Shown one piece after another: positions 1-10,680 of a stretch of DNA of 64,000 nucleotides. Below the pieces are notes generated by a model. That model ran no database searches. It saw only the letters and a list, made by a program, of their open reading frames with translations, and was not told the origin of the DNA. The DNA is taken from NCBI GenBank assembly GCA_034521815.1, contig JAXHLW010000013.1:160001-224000 (forward strand), in the 5' to 3' direction. This DNA comes from Trueperaceae bacterium. Its GTDB lineage: Bacteria > Deinococcota > Deinococci > Deinococcales > Trueperaceae. The first letter of the stretch is position 1, and each line of letters begins with the position of its first letter. Position numbers and translations under genes: made by a program.

Positions 1-1383
1 GATCGGCGTGCCCCAGTAGCGCTGACGGCTGATCAGCCAGTCGCGCAGACGGTAGGTGACCTTGCGGCGGCCCAGGTTCCGCTCCTCGAGCCAGGCGATC
101 ACGCGGGCGATCCCGTCTCCCGCGCCCTCGCCCTTGCCGGTGGGTGTTCCGTCGAACGGACCGGAGTTGATCATCACCCCGTCGCCCGTGTACGCCTCGT
201 CCATCTCGGAGCCGTCCGTCAGATCCGACCCCGGCGGCTGCACGACCGGTACGACCTCGAGCCCGAAGCGGCGCGCGAACGCGAAGTCGCGCTCGTCGTG
301 AGCGGGCACCGCCATGATCGCGCCGGAGCCGTAGGTGACCAGCACGTAGTCCGCGATCCAGATCGGCACGCGCGCGCCGTTCACGGGGTTCACGGCGTAG
401 GCGCCGGTGAACACGCCGGACTTCTCGCGGGTCTCGCTCTGTCGATCGATCTCCGACATCCGCCCCGCCTGCTCGACGTAGCGCTGGACCTCGTCCCGCT
501 GGTCGGGGGTCGTCAGACGCTCGACCAGGGGATGCTCCGGTGCGAGGACCATGAAGGTCGCGCCCCAGAGCGTGTCCGGACGCGTGGTGAACACCTCGAT
601 CGCCTCGCCGCCGTCTCCGTCGCCCTCGGCGCGGAAGGTGACCTCGGCGCCCTGGCTGCGGCCGATCCAGTTCGTCTGCATCGTCTTGACGCGCTCGGGC
701 CAGTCCAGGCCCGAGAAGTCCAGCAGCTCCTCGGCGTAGTCGGTGATCTTGAAGTGCCACTGCGGCATCAGCCGTCGCTCGACCAGGGCACCGCTACGCT
801 CGCCACGTCCGTCGACCACCTGCTCGTTGGCGAGCACCGTCTGGTCGACGGGATCCCAGTTCACGTAGCTCTCCTTGCGGTACGCCAAGCCGCGCTCGAA
901 CATCCGGACGAAGAGCCACTGGTTCCAGCGGTAGTAGTCCGGCTCGCACGTCGCCAGGGTGCGCGACCAGTCGAACATCGCGCCCATGCGCTTGAACTGG
1001 CTGGTCATGAACGCGATCCGCTCGCGGGTGAGGCTCGCAGGATGAACGTCGCCGCCCTCGCGGGCCGCCTTGATCGCGGCGTTCTCGGCCGGAAGCCCGA
1101 ACGCGTCGAAGCCCATCGGGAAGAACACGTTCGCGCCCTTCATCCGCAGGTAGCGGGCCGCCGCGTCGGCCGGCGTCTCGGCGTACCAGTGACCGACGTG
1201 AAGGTTGCCCGACGGATAGGGGAACATCGTCAGGAAGTAGTGCTTGGGCCGGCTCGCGTCCTCGAGATCCACCCGGTACAGGCCCTCGGCGTCCCACGCC
1301 GCCTGCCAGCGGGGCTCGATCTCCTGGGGGCGGTAGGCGTCGGCGCCCGCTCGTGTGGCGGGTTCGGGGGCTCGGTCGGACAT
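1..1383 (-). CDS. leuS: Leucine--tRNA ligase (N-terminal part; continues beyond window start)
   Basis: Hand translation from ATG 1383: MSDRAPE...[11 protein letters not shown]...[13 protein letters not shown] (HIGH motif)...[16 protein letters not shown]...QTVLANEQV...[22 protein letters not shown] upstream. Absent from the ORF track because it is open at the window edge. Confidence 0.97.
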   Translation of the reverse strand, partial: MSDRAPEPATRAGADAYRPQEIEPRWQAAWDAEGLYRVDLEDASRPKHYFLTMFPYPSGNLHVGHWYAETPADAAARYLRMKGANVFFPMGFDAFGLPAENAAIKAAREGGDVHPASLTRERIAFMTSQFKRMGAMFDWSRTLATCEPDYYRWNQWLFVRMFERGLAYRKESYVNWDPVDQTVLANEQVVDGRGERSGALVERRLMPQWHFKITDYAEELLDFSGLDWPERVKTMQTNWIGRSQGAEVTFRAEGDGDGGEAIEVFTTRPDTLWGATFMVLAPEHPLVERLTTPDQRDEVQRYVEQAGRMSEIDRQSETREKSGVFTGAYAVNPVNGARVPIWIADYVLVTYGSGAIMAVPAHDERDFAFARRFGLEVVPVVQPPGSDLTDGSEMDEAYTGDGVMINSGPFDGTPTGKGEGAGDGIARVIAWLEERNLGRRKVTYRLRDWLISRQRYWGTPI

Positions 1384-1540
1384 GCGGGTCCTCCAACGGC
1401 GCTTCAGGAGCGCGGACCGTCCGGCGTCGGCAGGACGGTGAAGAGCGACGCACGGCGCCGCGGGTGCTCGGTCGTGTCCACACGACGCCGCCCCGGCCAA
1501 GGCCGAGGCGCGCACGGGACTCCCGCCTGCTGAAAAGCGC

Positions 1541-1588
1541 TCAACGCAGGCGGAACCCCGGGCCAGATAGTCGCAGGGCGCGGATCAT
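1541..1588 (-). CDS. Putative leaderless leader peptide [15 protein letters not shown] upstream of leuS
   Basis: ATG is 7 nt after a TTGACA-17-TACGAT promoter; 3 Leu codons (CTG, CTA, CTG); the 3' end overlaps a hairpin (1523-1553). Confidence 0.55.
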   Translation of the reverse strand: MIRALRLSGPGFRLR

Positions 1589-1595
1589 CGAACGC

Positions 1596-1624
1596 ATCGT
1601 AGCCGCGTCCCAGAGGGGTGTCAA
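1596..1624 (-). promoter_or_regulatory. Sigma-70-type promoter of the leuS leader
   Basis: TTGACA (1624-1619), 17-nt spacer, TACGAT (1601-1596). Confidence 0.8.
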
Positions 1625-2028
1625 CGCGTCGGTCCCGCCGGCGCGTCCGTGGCTGCCGCCGCCTCGCCGATCGCGTCGATCAGGCTGTGGACGTAGATCA
1701 GGGCGCGGGTGTCCGGCTCGCGCTCCAGCCGGATCCAGCGACGCGCCTCGAAGTACAGGCAGCCGCGCAGCCGGTCCAGATCGCCGGTCAGCCACGCCGG
1801 CAGCTCGCCGCCGGCGGACCATTGCGACACGGCGCGATTGGCCATCTCGCCGCACATCGTCATGCCGAAACGCTGGTAGCCGTCGAAGGTGTACGCGAAC
1901 GCGATCACCTCTTCGAACGGCGCGCGGGGATGGGGGAGCTGGTCGCGCGTCAACGCGTCGTGCGCGACCGGCCGTACGGCCGTCCCGCGCTCGCCCGCGA
2001 CGCTCTCGTTCGGTGACGGGTCGTCCAT
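1621..2028 (-). CDS. Hypothetical protein (FAYTFDGY...LRGCLYFEARRW)
   Basis: Globular-looking ORF; TACCGT -10 box 6 nt before the ATG suggests a leaderless start. Confidence 0.7.
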   Translation of the reverse strand: MDDPSPNESVAGERGTAVRPVAHDALTRDQLPHPRAPFEEVIAFAYTFDGYQRFGMTMCGEMANRAVSQWSAGGELPAWLTGDLDRLRGCLYFEARRWIRLEREPDTRALIYVHSLIDAIGEAAAATDAPAGPTR

Positions 2029-2155
2029 GCCGGCACGGTACCGCCGCGAGCCGTGCCCCGTCGTCGTTTCGCCTCTCGGGACCAGCGGGTAGACTGGCGG
2101 CGGACATCGACGTACGGATCGTGCGCGGGCGATCGCCCGCAGGGAAGGAACCAAG

Positions 2156-3547
2156 GTGGACTACGAACTGATCGTGATCGGCTCGGGCCCCGGCGGGTAT
2201 CACGCCGCCCTGCGTGCCGCCCAGCTGGGCCTCCGCACCGCGGTGGTCGAGAAGGGCGCCATCGGCGGGGTCTGCCTGAACATCGGCTGCATTCCCACGA
2301 AGGCGCTCCTGCACGTCGCTGCGGACCTCCGCGAGGCCGCGCACGCGACCGAGTTCGGCGTGGACTTCGGCGAGCCGAAGATCGACCTGGACCGTCTCGA
2401 GTCGTGGAAGAGCTCGGTGGTCGACAAGATGACCGGCGGCGTCTCGATGCTGTTCAAGGGCGCCAAGGTCGAGCGGATCGATGGCGAGGCGGTCTTCTCC
2501 GGACCGAACGAGCTCACGGTCGGCGACCGCACCGTCACGTTCGAGAAGGCGATCGTCGCGACGGGCTCGTCGCCGATCGTGATCCCGGGCTTCGAGCCCG
2601 ACGGCGAGGGGGTCGTCGATTCGACCGGCGCGCTGCAGGTGCCCGAGATCCCGGCCCGCTTCATGGCGATCGGCGGCAGCGCCATCGGCCTGGAGTTCGC
2701 CGACATCTACCACGCGCTCGGGTCCGAGACCACGGTCGTGGAGATGCTGGACCAGATCGTCCCGGCCAGCGATCCGGACGCGGCGAAGGCGCTTCGCAAG
2801 AGCTTCGAGAAGCGCGGCGTGACCATCCGTACCGGCACGAAGGCGGTCTCGAAGAAGAAGACGAAGGACGGCATCGAAGTCACGCTCGAAAGCTCGGACG
2901 GCACGCAGGAGACGGTCGTGGTCGACAAGCTCCTCGTCGCCGTCGGGCGCAGGCCCAACTCCGGGGGCCTGGGCCTCGAGGAGATCGGCGTGAAGATCGA
3001 CGAGCGCGGCTTCGTGCCGACCGACGAGACGATGCGAACCTCGCTCGAGCACGTCTACGCGATCGGCGACGTGGCCTGCCCTCCGTTGCTGGCGCACAAG
3101 GCGATGAAGGAGGGGCTCGTGGCGGCCGAGCACGCGGCAGGCAAGCCGGCGGCGTACGACACCGTGGTGCCCTCCGTGATCTACACCAGCCCCGAGCTGG
3201 CGTCGGTCGGGATGACCGAGGCCGAAGCCGAGGAGGCGGGCTTCGAGGTCCGTATCGGCACCTTCCCGATGTCGGCGTCCGGCCGCGCCACGGCGCTCGG
3301 CGGAAGCGAGGGACTCGTCAAGCTGATCGGCGACGCCAAGACCGACGTGCTGCTGGGCTTCCACATGGTCGGGCCCGGCGCGGGCGACATCGTGGCCGAG
3401 GCGGCGCTGGCGATCGAGATGGGCGCCACGCTCGAGGACATCGCGCTCACGCAGCATCCGCACCCGACCATCTCCGAGACGGTGATGGAGGCGGCGGAGC
3501 ACGCGCACGGCCAGGCGATCCACATCGCCAACCGGCGGCGGCGCTGA
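2156..3547 (+). CDS. lpdA: Dihydrolipoyl dehydrogenase
   Basis: GSGPGGY FAD motif, [11 protein letters not shown] redox disulfide, HPHPTISE C-terminal motif. Confidence 0.96.
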   Translation: MDYELIVIGSGPGGYHAALRAAQLGLRTAVVEKGAIGGVCLNIGCIPTKALLHVAADLREAAHATEFGVDFGEPKIDLDRLESWKSSVVDKMTGGVSMLFKGAKVERIDGEAVFSGPNELTVGDRTVTFEKAIVATGSSPIVIPGFEPDGEGVVDSTGALQVPEIPARFMAIGGSAIGLEFADIYHALGSETTVVEMLDQIVPASDPDAAKALRKSFEKRGVTIRTGTKAVSKKKTKDGIEVTLESSDGTQETVVVDKLLVAVGRRPNSGGLGLEEIGVKIDERGFVPTDETMRTSLEHVYAIGDVACPPLLAHKAMKEGLVAAEHAAGKPAAYDTVVPSVIYTSPELASVGMTEAEAEEAGFEVRIGTFPMSASGRATALGGSEGLVKLIGDAKTDVLLGFHMVGPGAGDIVAEAALAIEMGATLEDIALTQHPHPTISETVMEAAEHAHGQAIHIANRRRR

Positions 3548-3599
3548 GCGAGCCCGTGCAGGCGCACGCTGCGCCGCCGGACCGGCGGGCGCGTGCGCC

Positions 3600-4748
3600 T
3601 CAGGTCGTGTACTCGGCGTTGATGCGGACGTAGCCTTCGGTCAGGTCGCAGCCCCAGGCGCGCCCGCGCGCGTCGCCCGCGGCCAAATCCACGCGGATCG
3701 TGACCTCGTCGGCGTCCAGCGCGGTGGACAGCTCGGCGGCGTCGAACGCGACCGGACCGCCGAGGTACACGGGACGCTGCTGCAGGGCGATCTCGAGCTT
3801 CGACATGTCCCACAGCACCCCCGCCTGACCGACCGCCGAGAGGATCCGTCCCCAGTTCGGATCGCGACCGTAGACGGCGGCCTTCACCAGCGAGCTGCCC
3901 GCGACCGCGCGGGCGGCGCGGCGCGCCTCGACCTCGTCGCGTCCGCCGACCACCTCGACGCGCAGCAGGGTCGACGCGCCCTCGCCGTCCGCGGCGATCT
4001 TCTCGGCCAGGCGGACCGCGACCGCCTCGAGCGCCTCGGCGAACTCGCCGGCGCCCGCTTCGATCCGCTGGCTGGAGAGGAGCATCGCCATGTCGTTCGG
4101 CGAGGTGTCGCCGTCGACGGTGACCTGGTTGAACGTCCGATCGACCGTCTCGGGCCACAGCTCGCGAAGCACCGCCTGCGACACGTCGGCGTCGGTCACG
4201 ACGAACGCCAGCATCGTGCCCATGTTCGGGTGGATCATCCCCGAGCCCTTCGCGATGCCCACGATGCGGGCACCCCCGCGAAGCGTCGCGGCGACGGTCT
4301 TGACGTGCAGGTCGGTCGTGAGGATCGCCTCGGCGAGCCCGCTGGCGTCCTCGCCCAGGCCGGCGGGCAGGCTCGCCAAGCCGGCACGGACGCGGTCCAT
4401 CGGCATCGGCACGCCGATCACGCCGGTGCTGGCGGTCAAGACCTGTTGCGAGCGCGTGCCGCCGAGCAGGGCGGCCACGCGCGACGCCATCTCCTCGTTG
4501 TCGAATCCGGCCTGCTCGCCCGACGCGCAGTTGGCGTTGCCCGCGTTCATCACGATCGCGCGCACGGTCTCGCCGGTGCCGTAGCGGACGGCGTTGCGCG
4601 ACACGCACGGGGCGGTGAGGCGGTTCCGGGTGCCGGTGTACGCCCACGCGACGGGCGCGTCGGCGACGAGCAGGGCCAGGTCGGGCTTGCCCGAGGGCTT
4701 GATTCCGGCAGCGACCGCCGAAGCGGCGAATCCTTGGGGAAGTCTCAT
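3600..4748 (-). CDS. argJ: Glutamate N-acetyltransferase / ornithine acetyltransferase ArgJ
   Basis: AKGSGMIHPNMGTML, DGDTSPND, DGEGA, DPNWGR, C-terminal INAEYTT. Confidence 0.96.
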   Translation of the reverse strand: MRLPQGFAASAVAAGIKPSGKPDLALLVADAPVAWAYTGTRNRLTAPCVSRNAVRYGTGETVRAIVMNAGNANCASGEQAGFDNEEMASRVAALLGGTRSQQVLTASTGVIGVPMPMDRVRAGLASLPAGLGEDASGLAEAILTTDLHVKTVAATLRGGARIVGIAKGSGMIHPNMGTMLAFVVTDADVSQAVLRELWPETVDRTFNQVTVDGDTSPNDMAMLLSSQRIEAGAGEFAEALEAVAVRLAEKIAADGEGASTLLRVEVVGGRDEVEARRAARAVAGSSLVKAAVYGRDPNWGRILSAVGQAGVLWDMSKLEIALQQRPVYLGGPVAFDAAELSTALDADEVTIRVDLAAGDARGRAWGCDLTEGYVRINAEYTT

Positions 4749-5806
4749 GGCCAGCGGCCCTCCAGTTCGAGCGAGGTCGTCTCGGGGAACCCGAACGCCA
4801 GGTTGAATCCTTGGACCGCCTGACCGGCGGCTCCCTTGCCGAGGTTGTCGATCACCACGAACGCCGTGGCGAGCCCGGTCCGGCGATCGAAGCGGACGGT
4901 CGCCAGGGCGCGGTCGGAGCCGGTGACCGCCTTGACGTCGGGCAGCTCGTCTTGGACGTGCACCATTCTGTCGTGCTCGAACGCGTCGCGCATGACGCCG
5001 AGGAGCGACGCCTGGTCCTGCCCGTCGCGGGGACGGAAGGTGCAGCTCGCCAGGATGCCGCGCACCAGCGGGACGAGATGCGGCGAGAAGCTGACCGGCA
5101 GCGGCCGGTACGGTGCGTGCGTGCTGAGCGACCGTCCCTGCGCGGCCGCCCGTCCGAGGGTGGCTTCGATCTCCGCGAGGTGACGGTGCCCGCCCGCGAC
5201 CTTGTACGGTCGCGCGTTCTCGGCGAACTCGGGGAAGTGCAGCGCGGGGGAGGTGGCGCGCCCTGCTCCACTGGTGCCTGCCAGCACGGTGCAGACCGGC
5301 ACGGTGTCGGCGCTCATCAGCCCGGCCGCGGCGTAGGGAAGCAGTGCGAGCGACGCCGCGGTGGCGTTGCAGCCGGGGGCGGCCACGAGCAGGGCGCCGG
5401 GCAGCTCGTCCCGATGCGCCTCGACCAGGCCGTAGCGGGCGTCGGCGAGGTCGCCTGGGTGCGGATGCTCGCCGTACCAGGTCCGGTAGGTGTCCGCGTC
5501 CAAGCGCGAGTCCGCCGACAGGTCGATCACCCGTGCACCGGCCGCGCGGGCCGTATGGACCCAGGGCGCGGTCGCACCGTGCGGCGTGGCGAGGAACACC
5601 ACGTCGGCGCCGTCCAGCGCCTCGTCGGGCGTGACGAACGTGCCGTCGTACACGCCGGCGAGGTGCGGCCAGGCGTCGGCGACCGGGTGACCCGCGTACG
5701 AGCGCGAGCCCAGGCGCAGCCGGCCCACCTCCGGGTGGCGGCTCAGGCGTCTGATCAGGCCCGCCCCGCCGTAGCCGTTCGCTCCAAGGACGGCGACGAC
5801 GCTCAT
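4745..5806 (-). CDS. argC: N-acetyl-gamma-glutamyl-phosphate reductase
   Basis: GANGYGG, VIDLSAD, PGCNAT catalytic Cys, SGAGR, IDNLGKGAAGQAVQ; start ATG 5806 overlaps the argF stop. Confidence 0.92.
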   Translation of the reverse strand: MSVVAVLGANGYGGAGLIRRLSRHPEVGRLRLGSRSYAGHPVADAWPHLAGVYDGTFVTPDEALDGADVVFLATPHGATAPWVHTARAAGARVIDLSADSRLDADTYRTWYGEHPHPGDLADARYGLVEAHRDELPGALLVAAPGCNATAASLALLPYAAAGLMSADTVPVCTVLAGTSGAGRATSPALHFPEFAENARPYKVAGGHRHLAEIEATLGRAAAQGRSLSTHAPYRPLPVSFSPHLVPLVRGILASCTFRPRDGQDQASLLGVMRDAFEHDRMVHVQDELPDVKAVTGSDRALATVRFDRRTGLATAFVVIDNLGKGAAGQAVQGFNLAFGFPETTSLELEGRWP

Positions 5807-6795
5807 GCGCCCGATCCGAGCAGCTGGAAGAGGATCGCCTTGTGCGCGTGGAGACGGTTCTCCGCCTGGTCGAACACCACGCTGCGGGGGTGATGCACCG
5901 CCTCCTCGACGACCTCCTCGCCGTAGTGGGCGGGAAGGTCGTGCATGAACACCCCGCGGGGCGCGAGGAGCTCGAACCATTCCGGTGTCACGGTGTAGCC
6001 GGCGAACGCCTCGCGACGCAGGTCCGCGTCCTCCTCGTCGCCCATCGAGATCCAGACGTCCGTGTACAGCGCGTCCGCGCCCCTGGCCGCTTCGCGCGGA
6101 TCACGGACGATGCTCACGTCGGCGCCTCGCGCCTTGGCGGACGCCAGCACGTCGGGATCGGGCTCGTACCCCTCGGGGCAGGCGATCACCAGCGACACGC
6201 CGGACGCGGCCGCTGCGTTCAGGTGGCTGTTGCACACGTTGTTGCCGTCACCGACGAAGGCGACGCGCAGGCCCTCCAGGGTGCCGAACGTCTCGAGCAG
6301 GGTGATGTAGTCCGCCGTCAGCTGGCAGGGGTGAAGCAGGTCCGAGAGGCCGTTGATGACCGGGACGTCGGCGTGCTCGGCCAGGTCCAGCAGCGTGGCG
6401 TGCCCGTACGTGCGGGCCATGATGCCGTCGACCCAGCGCTCGAGGTTCTTGGCGACGTCGCGGATCGACTCGCGCACGCCGACGCCGATGAAGTTCTGGC
6501 TGAGCAGGACCGAGTGCCCGCCGAGCTGGAACATCGCGATGTCGAAGGTGGAGCGGGTGCGGAGCGACTGCTTCTCGAAGATCATCGCCAGCGTGACGTG
6601 CTCCAGCGCTCGCGGACGGTGTCCATCGCGCCAGCCGCGCTTGAGCTCGATTCCGCTGTCCAACAGACCGCGGAACGATGCGGCGTCCCACTGGGCCAGC
6701 GAAAGGAAGTCCTTCCCCCGCATGGCGTCGATCCGCATGGCGTCGATCCGCGTGGCATCGATCGGCATGGCGCCCGTTCGCGCTGCGTCGTTCAT
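5803..6795 (-). CDS. argF: Ornithine carbamoyltransferase
   Basis: FEKQSLRTR, HPCQ, GDGNNV, DVWISMG, HDLPA, QAENRLH. Start uncertain because of an N-terminal 15-bp repeat. Confidence 0.93.
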   Translation of the reverse strand: MNDAARTGAMPIDATRIDAMRIDAMRGKDFLSLAQWDAASFRGLLDSGIELKRGWRDGHRPRALEHVTLAMIFEKQSLRTRSTFDIAMFQLGGHSVLLSQNFIGVGVRESIRDVAKNLERWVDGIMARTYGHATLLDLAEHADVPVINGLSDLLHPCQLTADYITLLETFGTLEGLRVAFVGDGNNVCNSHLNAAAASGVSLVIACPEGYEPDPDVLASAKARGADVSIVRDPREAARGADALYTDVWISMGDEEDADLRREAFAGYTVTPEWFELLAPRGVFMHDLPAHYGEEVVEEAVHHPRSVVFDQAENRLHAHKAILFQLLGSGA

Positions 6796-6984
6796 GGCCG
6801 TGACCTCCTCGCGTGCGCGCTCGCACCACGGCCGGCCGAGCAGGGTCGAGAGCGGGGTCGAGCGGGGTCGAGCGGGGCCGGCGGGCGCGAGCGCGTCACG
6901 ATCGGCGGAGAGCGTACCACGCGCGTCGCGGCCGGCCCGGTACCCGCCAGCGCGGCTGTGCGATGGGCGAGCGGCGCCCCCAGC

Positions 6985-8238
6985 TCAGCTCACGCCCAGA
7001 GCACCCAGGTAGGCGGCCAGGACGGCGTCACCGAAGAACAGCGCGAGCGCGCCGCCCAGCGCCAGGAACGGACCGAACGGAACGACGCGGCCGCCCCCGG
7101 CGATCCGTTGCGCCACGCCCACGACCGCGCCGATCAGCACCGCTGCGAACACGCCGACCAGAAGGCGCTCCCAGCCGAGCACCACGCCGAGAAGCGCGGC
7201 GAGCTTCACGTCGCCGAAGCCCATCGCCACCGGCTCGTCGTCGCCCTGCGGCTCGGTCGGGCGACCCTCGGGCGCAGCGTCGGACTCGGCCGCCGACCGG
7301 CCCGTCGTCAGATCGTACGTCCACCAGACGACGGCGCCCGCCAGCGCGGCCGCTCCGGCCGCCGCGAGGCTGCCGCCCAACGACCGGACGACGCCGACGC
7401 CCAGCGGCGAGGCCGCGACGGCCACCGCCCAGCCTGCCCACGCGAGCGGCTCAGGGAGCCGAACCGTGCGGCGGGCGAAGAGGTTCAACAGCACGGACGC
7501 TGCGGCCGCCGACAGCCCCGCGACCAGTCCACCCGCCGCGCCGACCAGCGCCGCCAGGTTCGCCTGATCGAAGCCGATCGGCCAGAGGCGCTCGCTCGTG
7601 TCCCGGAAGCGCCGGAGCACCAGCGCCCCGATCCGATTCACCAGCGTCAGCACGCCGGCGCCCAGCGCCGCGCCGAAGGCGGCTCCCGCGAAGCCAGGGA
7701 GATCCGGCGCGCCCTGCCAGGCGAACGCGGCGACGAGCCCCACGGCCAGGCCGGGCAGGGTGAGCACGTCGGGAATCTCGAACCGGTCGAGGTCGATGAA
7801 CGTCGCGATCACCAGCAGCGTCCACCAGGCGGCAAGGAACGCGAACGCGACCGGATGATCCAAAGGCGACCAGCGCCACGCCATCAGGCCGAAGCCCACG
7901 GCGACCAGGGTCTCCACCAGGGGGTAGCGGGCCGCGATGGCGGTACCGCAGCCACGGCAACGTCCGCGCTGGACGAGCCACGACACGACCGGGACGAGCT
8001 CCAGCGGACCGAGCCGGCGCCCGCAGCGCGGGCACGACGAGCCGGGGTGGACGATCGACGTCCCGGCGGGAAGCCGGTGGATCACGACGTTCGAGAAGCT
8101 GCCGATCAGCGCGCCGAACAGGACGGCGATCAGGACGACGGTCAGGGTCAAGGCGCCCACCCCAGCGATGCACGAGGGGCGGGGGCGAGGAGGGCGAGGG
8201 GCATGGGGCTCCTTCCGCCTGGCGTTCTCATCGAACAC
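6985..8238 (-). CDS. pilD: Prepilin peptidase (A24 family) with Deinococcota-type internal insertion
   Basis: GSFSNVVIHRLP, CPRC...CRGC, FIDLD, MGFGDVKL, VPFGPFL. The true start may be ~8150. Confidence 0.9.
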   Translation of the reverse strand: MFDENARRKEPHAPRPPRPRPSCIAGVGALTLTVVLIAVLFGALIGSFSNVVIHRLPAGTSIVHPGSSCPRCGRRLGPLELVPVVSWLVQRGRCRGCGTAIAARYPLVETLVAVGFGLMAWRWSPLDHPVAFAFLAAWWTLLVIATFIDLDRFEIPDVLTLPGLAVGLVAAFAWQGAPDLPGFAGAAFGAALGAGVLTLVNRIGALVLRRFRDTSERLWPIGFDQANLAALVGAAGGLVAGLSAAAASVLLNLFARRTVRLPEPLAWAGWAVAVAASPLGVGVVRSLGGSLAAAGAAALAGAVVWWTYDLTTGRSAAESDAAPEGRPTEPQGDDEPVAMGFGDVKLAALLGVVLGWERLLVGVFAAVLIGAVVGVAQRIAGGGRVVPFGPFLALGGALALFFGDAVLAAYLGALGVS

Positions 8239-8258
8239 GGTGGTACGGTTCTTTCGCT

Positions 8259-8768
8259 ATGAGAACCCACACGACACGTGCATTCGCCCTGATCCTGATC
8301 GCCCTGTCGGCCCTGGCGACGGCGCAGGAGGCCGATCCCGCCGCCCCCTTCCGCATCGCCTTCGTCGACACGCAGGCGCTCATCGCCGCCCACCCTGCGC
8401 AGGCAGAGATCGCTCGCATGGGCGAGGCGCTCGACGCCGAGCTCCAGGAGCTGCTGGGTCAACGCGAGGCGCTCCTGCAGAAGCAGCAGGCCCAAGCGCT
8501 CACGCCCGAGGAGCAGGAGCTGCTGCAAGCCCTGCAGGTCACGATCCAGACGCGACGCGACAGCGGACTGCGGGACATCCGCGAGGCTGCCGGCCCGGCC
8601 GAGACCGCGGCGAACGAGATCATCCGCGAGATCGCCCGTGGCGACGGGTACGCCCTGGTGTTGGACATCGAGGCCGCATCCGGCCTGGTCGTGTTCGCCG
8701 CAGAAGACGTGCCCGACATCACCAGCGCGGCGGTCGCCCTGATGGAGGAGCGCTTCCCGGCCGAGTGA
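8259..8768 (+). CDS. OmpH/Skp family outer-membrane chaperone
   Basis: Signal peptide, RIAFVD, coiled coil, GYALVLD...DIT. Confidence 0.85.
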   Translation: MRTHTTRAFALILIALSALATAQEADPAAPFRIAFVDTQALIAAHPAQAEIARMGEALDAELQELLGQREALLQKQQAQALTPEEQELLQALQVTIQTRRDSGLRDIREAAGPAETAANEIIREIARGDGYALVLDIEAASGLVVFAAEDVPDITSAAVALMEERFPAE

Positions 8769-8835
8769 GCGTACGGCCCGCCGAGCGGAGCGTGATGGCG
8801 GCCGTCGTGATGGCGACCGTCGTGATGGCGACCGT

Positions 8836-9582
8836 CTAGCCGTCATCCGTGTCGGCGTCTCGTTCCAACGACGCCAGGAACGCCCGGTCGTCCTCGCTCA
8901 GCGGGGCGTGCTCCAGCAGGTCGGGGCGGCGCGACCAGGTGCGCAGAAGCGCCTGCCGGCGCCGCCAAGCGGCCACCCGCTGGTGATGGCCGGAGGTGAG
9001 CACCTCGGGCACCCCCTCGCCGTCGAACGTCGGCGGACGCGTGTACTCGGGGTAGTCCAGCAGACCGGTGGTGAACGAGTCGTGCTTGTGGCTGTCGGCG
9101 TCACCGAGCACGCCGGGGAGGAGCCGGGCGACGGCTTCGATCAGGCACAGCGCCGGCAGCTCGCCACCCATCAGCACGAAGTCGCCGATCGACACCTCGC
9201 GGTCGACGCGGGACTCGGTGCGCGCGTCGAACCCTTCGTAGCGTCCCGACAGCAGACAGAGGTGACGCTTGCCCGCGAGCTCCTCGACCAGCGCCTGGTC
9301 GAGGGGCCGGCCGGCCGGCGACAGAAGGATCGTCTCGTCGGGGGGAGGATCGTCGCCGGCCGTTTCGGCCAGGGCGGCGGCGGCCACGTCCACGCGGATC
9401 ACCATCCCTGCGCCCCCGCCGTACGGGGCGTCGTCCACACGGCCGGTGCGGTTGCCCGCGAAGCGGCGCAGGTCGCGCGTGCGCAGGTCCAGCAGGCCGC
9501 GACGCAAGGCGCGGCCCAGCAGCGCCTCCTGCCGGTACGCGTCGATGAGGTCGGGGAAGAGGGTGTGGACGGTAACGATCAC
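8836..9582 (-). CDS. trmD: tRNA (guanine-N1)-methyltransferase
   Basis: [42 protein letters not shown]. Confidence 0.97.
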   Translation of the reverse strand: MIVTVHTLFPDLIDAYRQEALLGRALRRGLLDLRTRDLRRFAGNRTGRVDDAPYGGGAGMVIRVDVAAAALAETAGDDPPPDETILLSPAGRPLDQALVEELAGKRHLCLLSGRYEGFDARTESRVDREVSIGDFVLMGGELPALCLIEAVARLLPGVLGDADSHKHDSFTTGLLDYPEYTRPPTFDGEGVPEVLTSGHHQRVAAWRRRQALLRTWSRRPDLLEHAPLSEDDRAFLASLERDADTDDG

Positions 9583-9589
9583 GGGGCGA

Positions 9590-10132
9590 TCACGGCGCGT
9601 CCGACGGTGCGTCCAGGAGCCCCGGCGGGGGGTCGACGACGTCGACGCCGTCCGGTCCGGTCCGTACGTAGGGAGCCGCGGCGGGTAGGAACGTCTCGCC
9701 CGCCGGTCCGCGCATGCGTAGCAGCGGCTGCAGCGCCGCTCCTTCGACCCCGACGATCTCGCCGATCGTCCGACCGTTCACGCGGACCGGCCGCCCGATC
9801 AGGGCGGCCAGCTCGATGTCGCTCGTGTCGCTCGGGGTGGGCGTGACGGGCTGGGCCCAGACGGTGGCGTGGACCAGCTGCTTCGCGGTCTCGACGCGGC
9901 GTACGCGGTCGACGCGCAGCAGGTAGTCGCGGCCGTGCGGGCCGAAGCTCGCGACGCTCGCCTCGCCCAAGCCGTCGATCCAGATCGGCGACGCCGACCG
10001 AAGCGCCTCCTGAAGCGCCTCGACGCCTCCGTCGCCTTCCGGATGCAGCCGCATCGCGCCCTCGAGGCCGTGACTGCGGCCGATCCGGGCGACCGGTCGG
10101 TGACCGGAGGGCGGCCGGGACGGGTCGGTCAT
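9590..10132 (-). CDS. rimM: Ribosome maturation factor RimM
   Basis: [11 protein letters not shown]-terminus, PRC-like C-terminus ending PPPGLLD; lies between khpA and trmD. Confidence 0.85.
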   Translation of the reverse strand: MTDPSRPPSGHRPVARIGRSHGLEGAMRLHPEGDGGVEALQEALRSASPIWIDGLGEASVASFGPHGRDYLLRVDRVRRVETAKQLVHATVWAQPVTPTPSDTSDIELAALIGRPVRVNGRTIGEIVGVEGAALQPLLRMRGPAGETFLPAAAPYVRTGPDGVDVVDPPPGLLDAPSDAP

Positions 10133-10136
10133 GGGG

Positions 10137-10367
10137 TCAGTCGATCAGGTGGACGTCGACCCGCTGGCGGCCGTCGGCCGCCGCGCGGGCGAGGGTGCGG
10201 ATGGCGTTGATGATCCGGCCGTTGCGACCGATGATGCGCCCCGCGTCCCCTTGGGCGCAACGGATCTCGATCCGCACGCCCTTGCCGCTGCGCTCGGCAC
10301 CGATCGCCAAGGCGCCCGGATCCTCGACGAGGTTCTGGACGACGAACGTGACGAGCTCGAGCGGCAT
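10137..10367 (-). CDS. khpA: KH-domain RNA-binding protein KhpA
   Basis: DAGRIIGRNGRIINAIRTL; follows rpsP. Confidence 0.9.
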   Translation of the reverse strand: MPLELVTFVVQNLVEDPGALAIGAERSGKGVRIEIRCAQGDAGRIIGRNGRIINAIRTLARAAADGRQRVDVHLID

Positions 10368-10377
10368 GTTCCCTCGT

Positions 10378-10680
10378 TCAGGCGCCGGTGCCGGCGCGCT
10401 TGAGGTAGGCGTCGGTGCGCTTGGCGCGCACGGTGGGAACGTCCATGCCCTGCTTCTCGAACAGGCGGACGACGGTCTCGGTCGGCTGGGCGCCGACGTC
10501 GAGCCAGTGCGCGGCGCGCTCGGCGTTCACGCGGAGCGGCTCGTCGGTGGTCTCGCGGGGATCGTAGTAGCCGAGCTGCTCGATGTACTCGGCGCTCCGC
10601 TTCTTGCGCGAGTCGACGACGACGATGCGGTAGTGCGGGTTGCGCTTGGAGCCCATGCGCATCAGGCGGATCTTGACCAT
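10378..10680 (-). CDS. rpsP: 30S ribosomal protein S16
   Basis: [21 protein letters not shown]...GAQPTETV. Confidence 0.98.
   Translation of the reverse strand: MVKIRLMRMGSKRNPHYRIVVVDSRKKRSAEYIEQLGYYDPRETTDEPLRVNAERAAHWLDVGAQPTETVVRLFEKQGMDVPTVRAKRTDAYLKRAGTGA

Noticed and set aside
298-1533. 411-aa plus-strand ORF and the many other long Arg/Gly/Pro-rich ORFs in the track
   Set aside because: Antisense or off-frame shadows of real genes (here leuS), as expected in very high-GC DNA with few stop codons.
6793-6900. Arg-rich uORF (VTRSRPPAPL...RRSRP) ending on the argF start, a possible arginine attenuator
   Set aside because: This Arg content is expected in any frame at this GC, and part of it comes from a 10-bp tandem repeat; no attenuator structure was seen.
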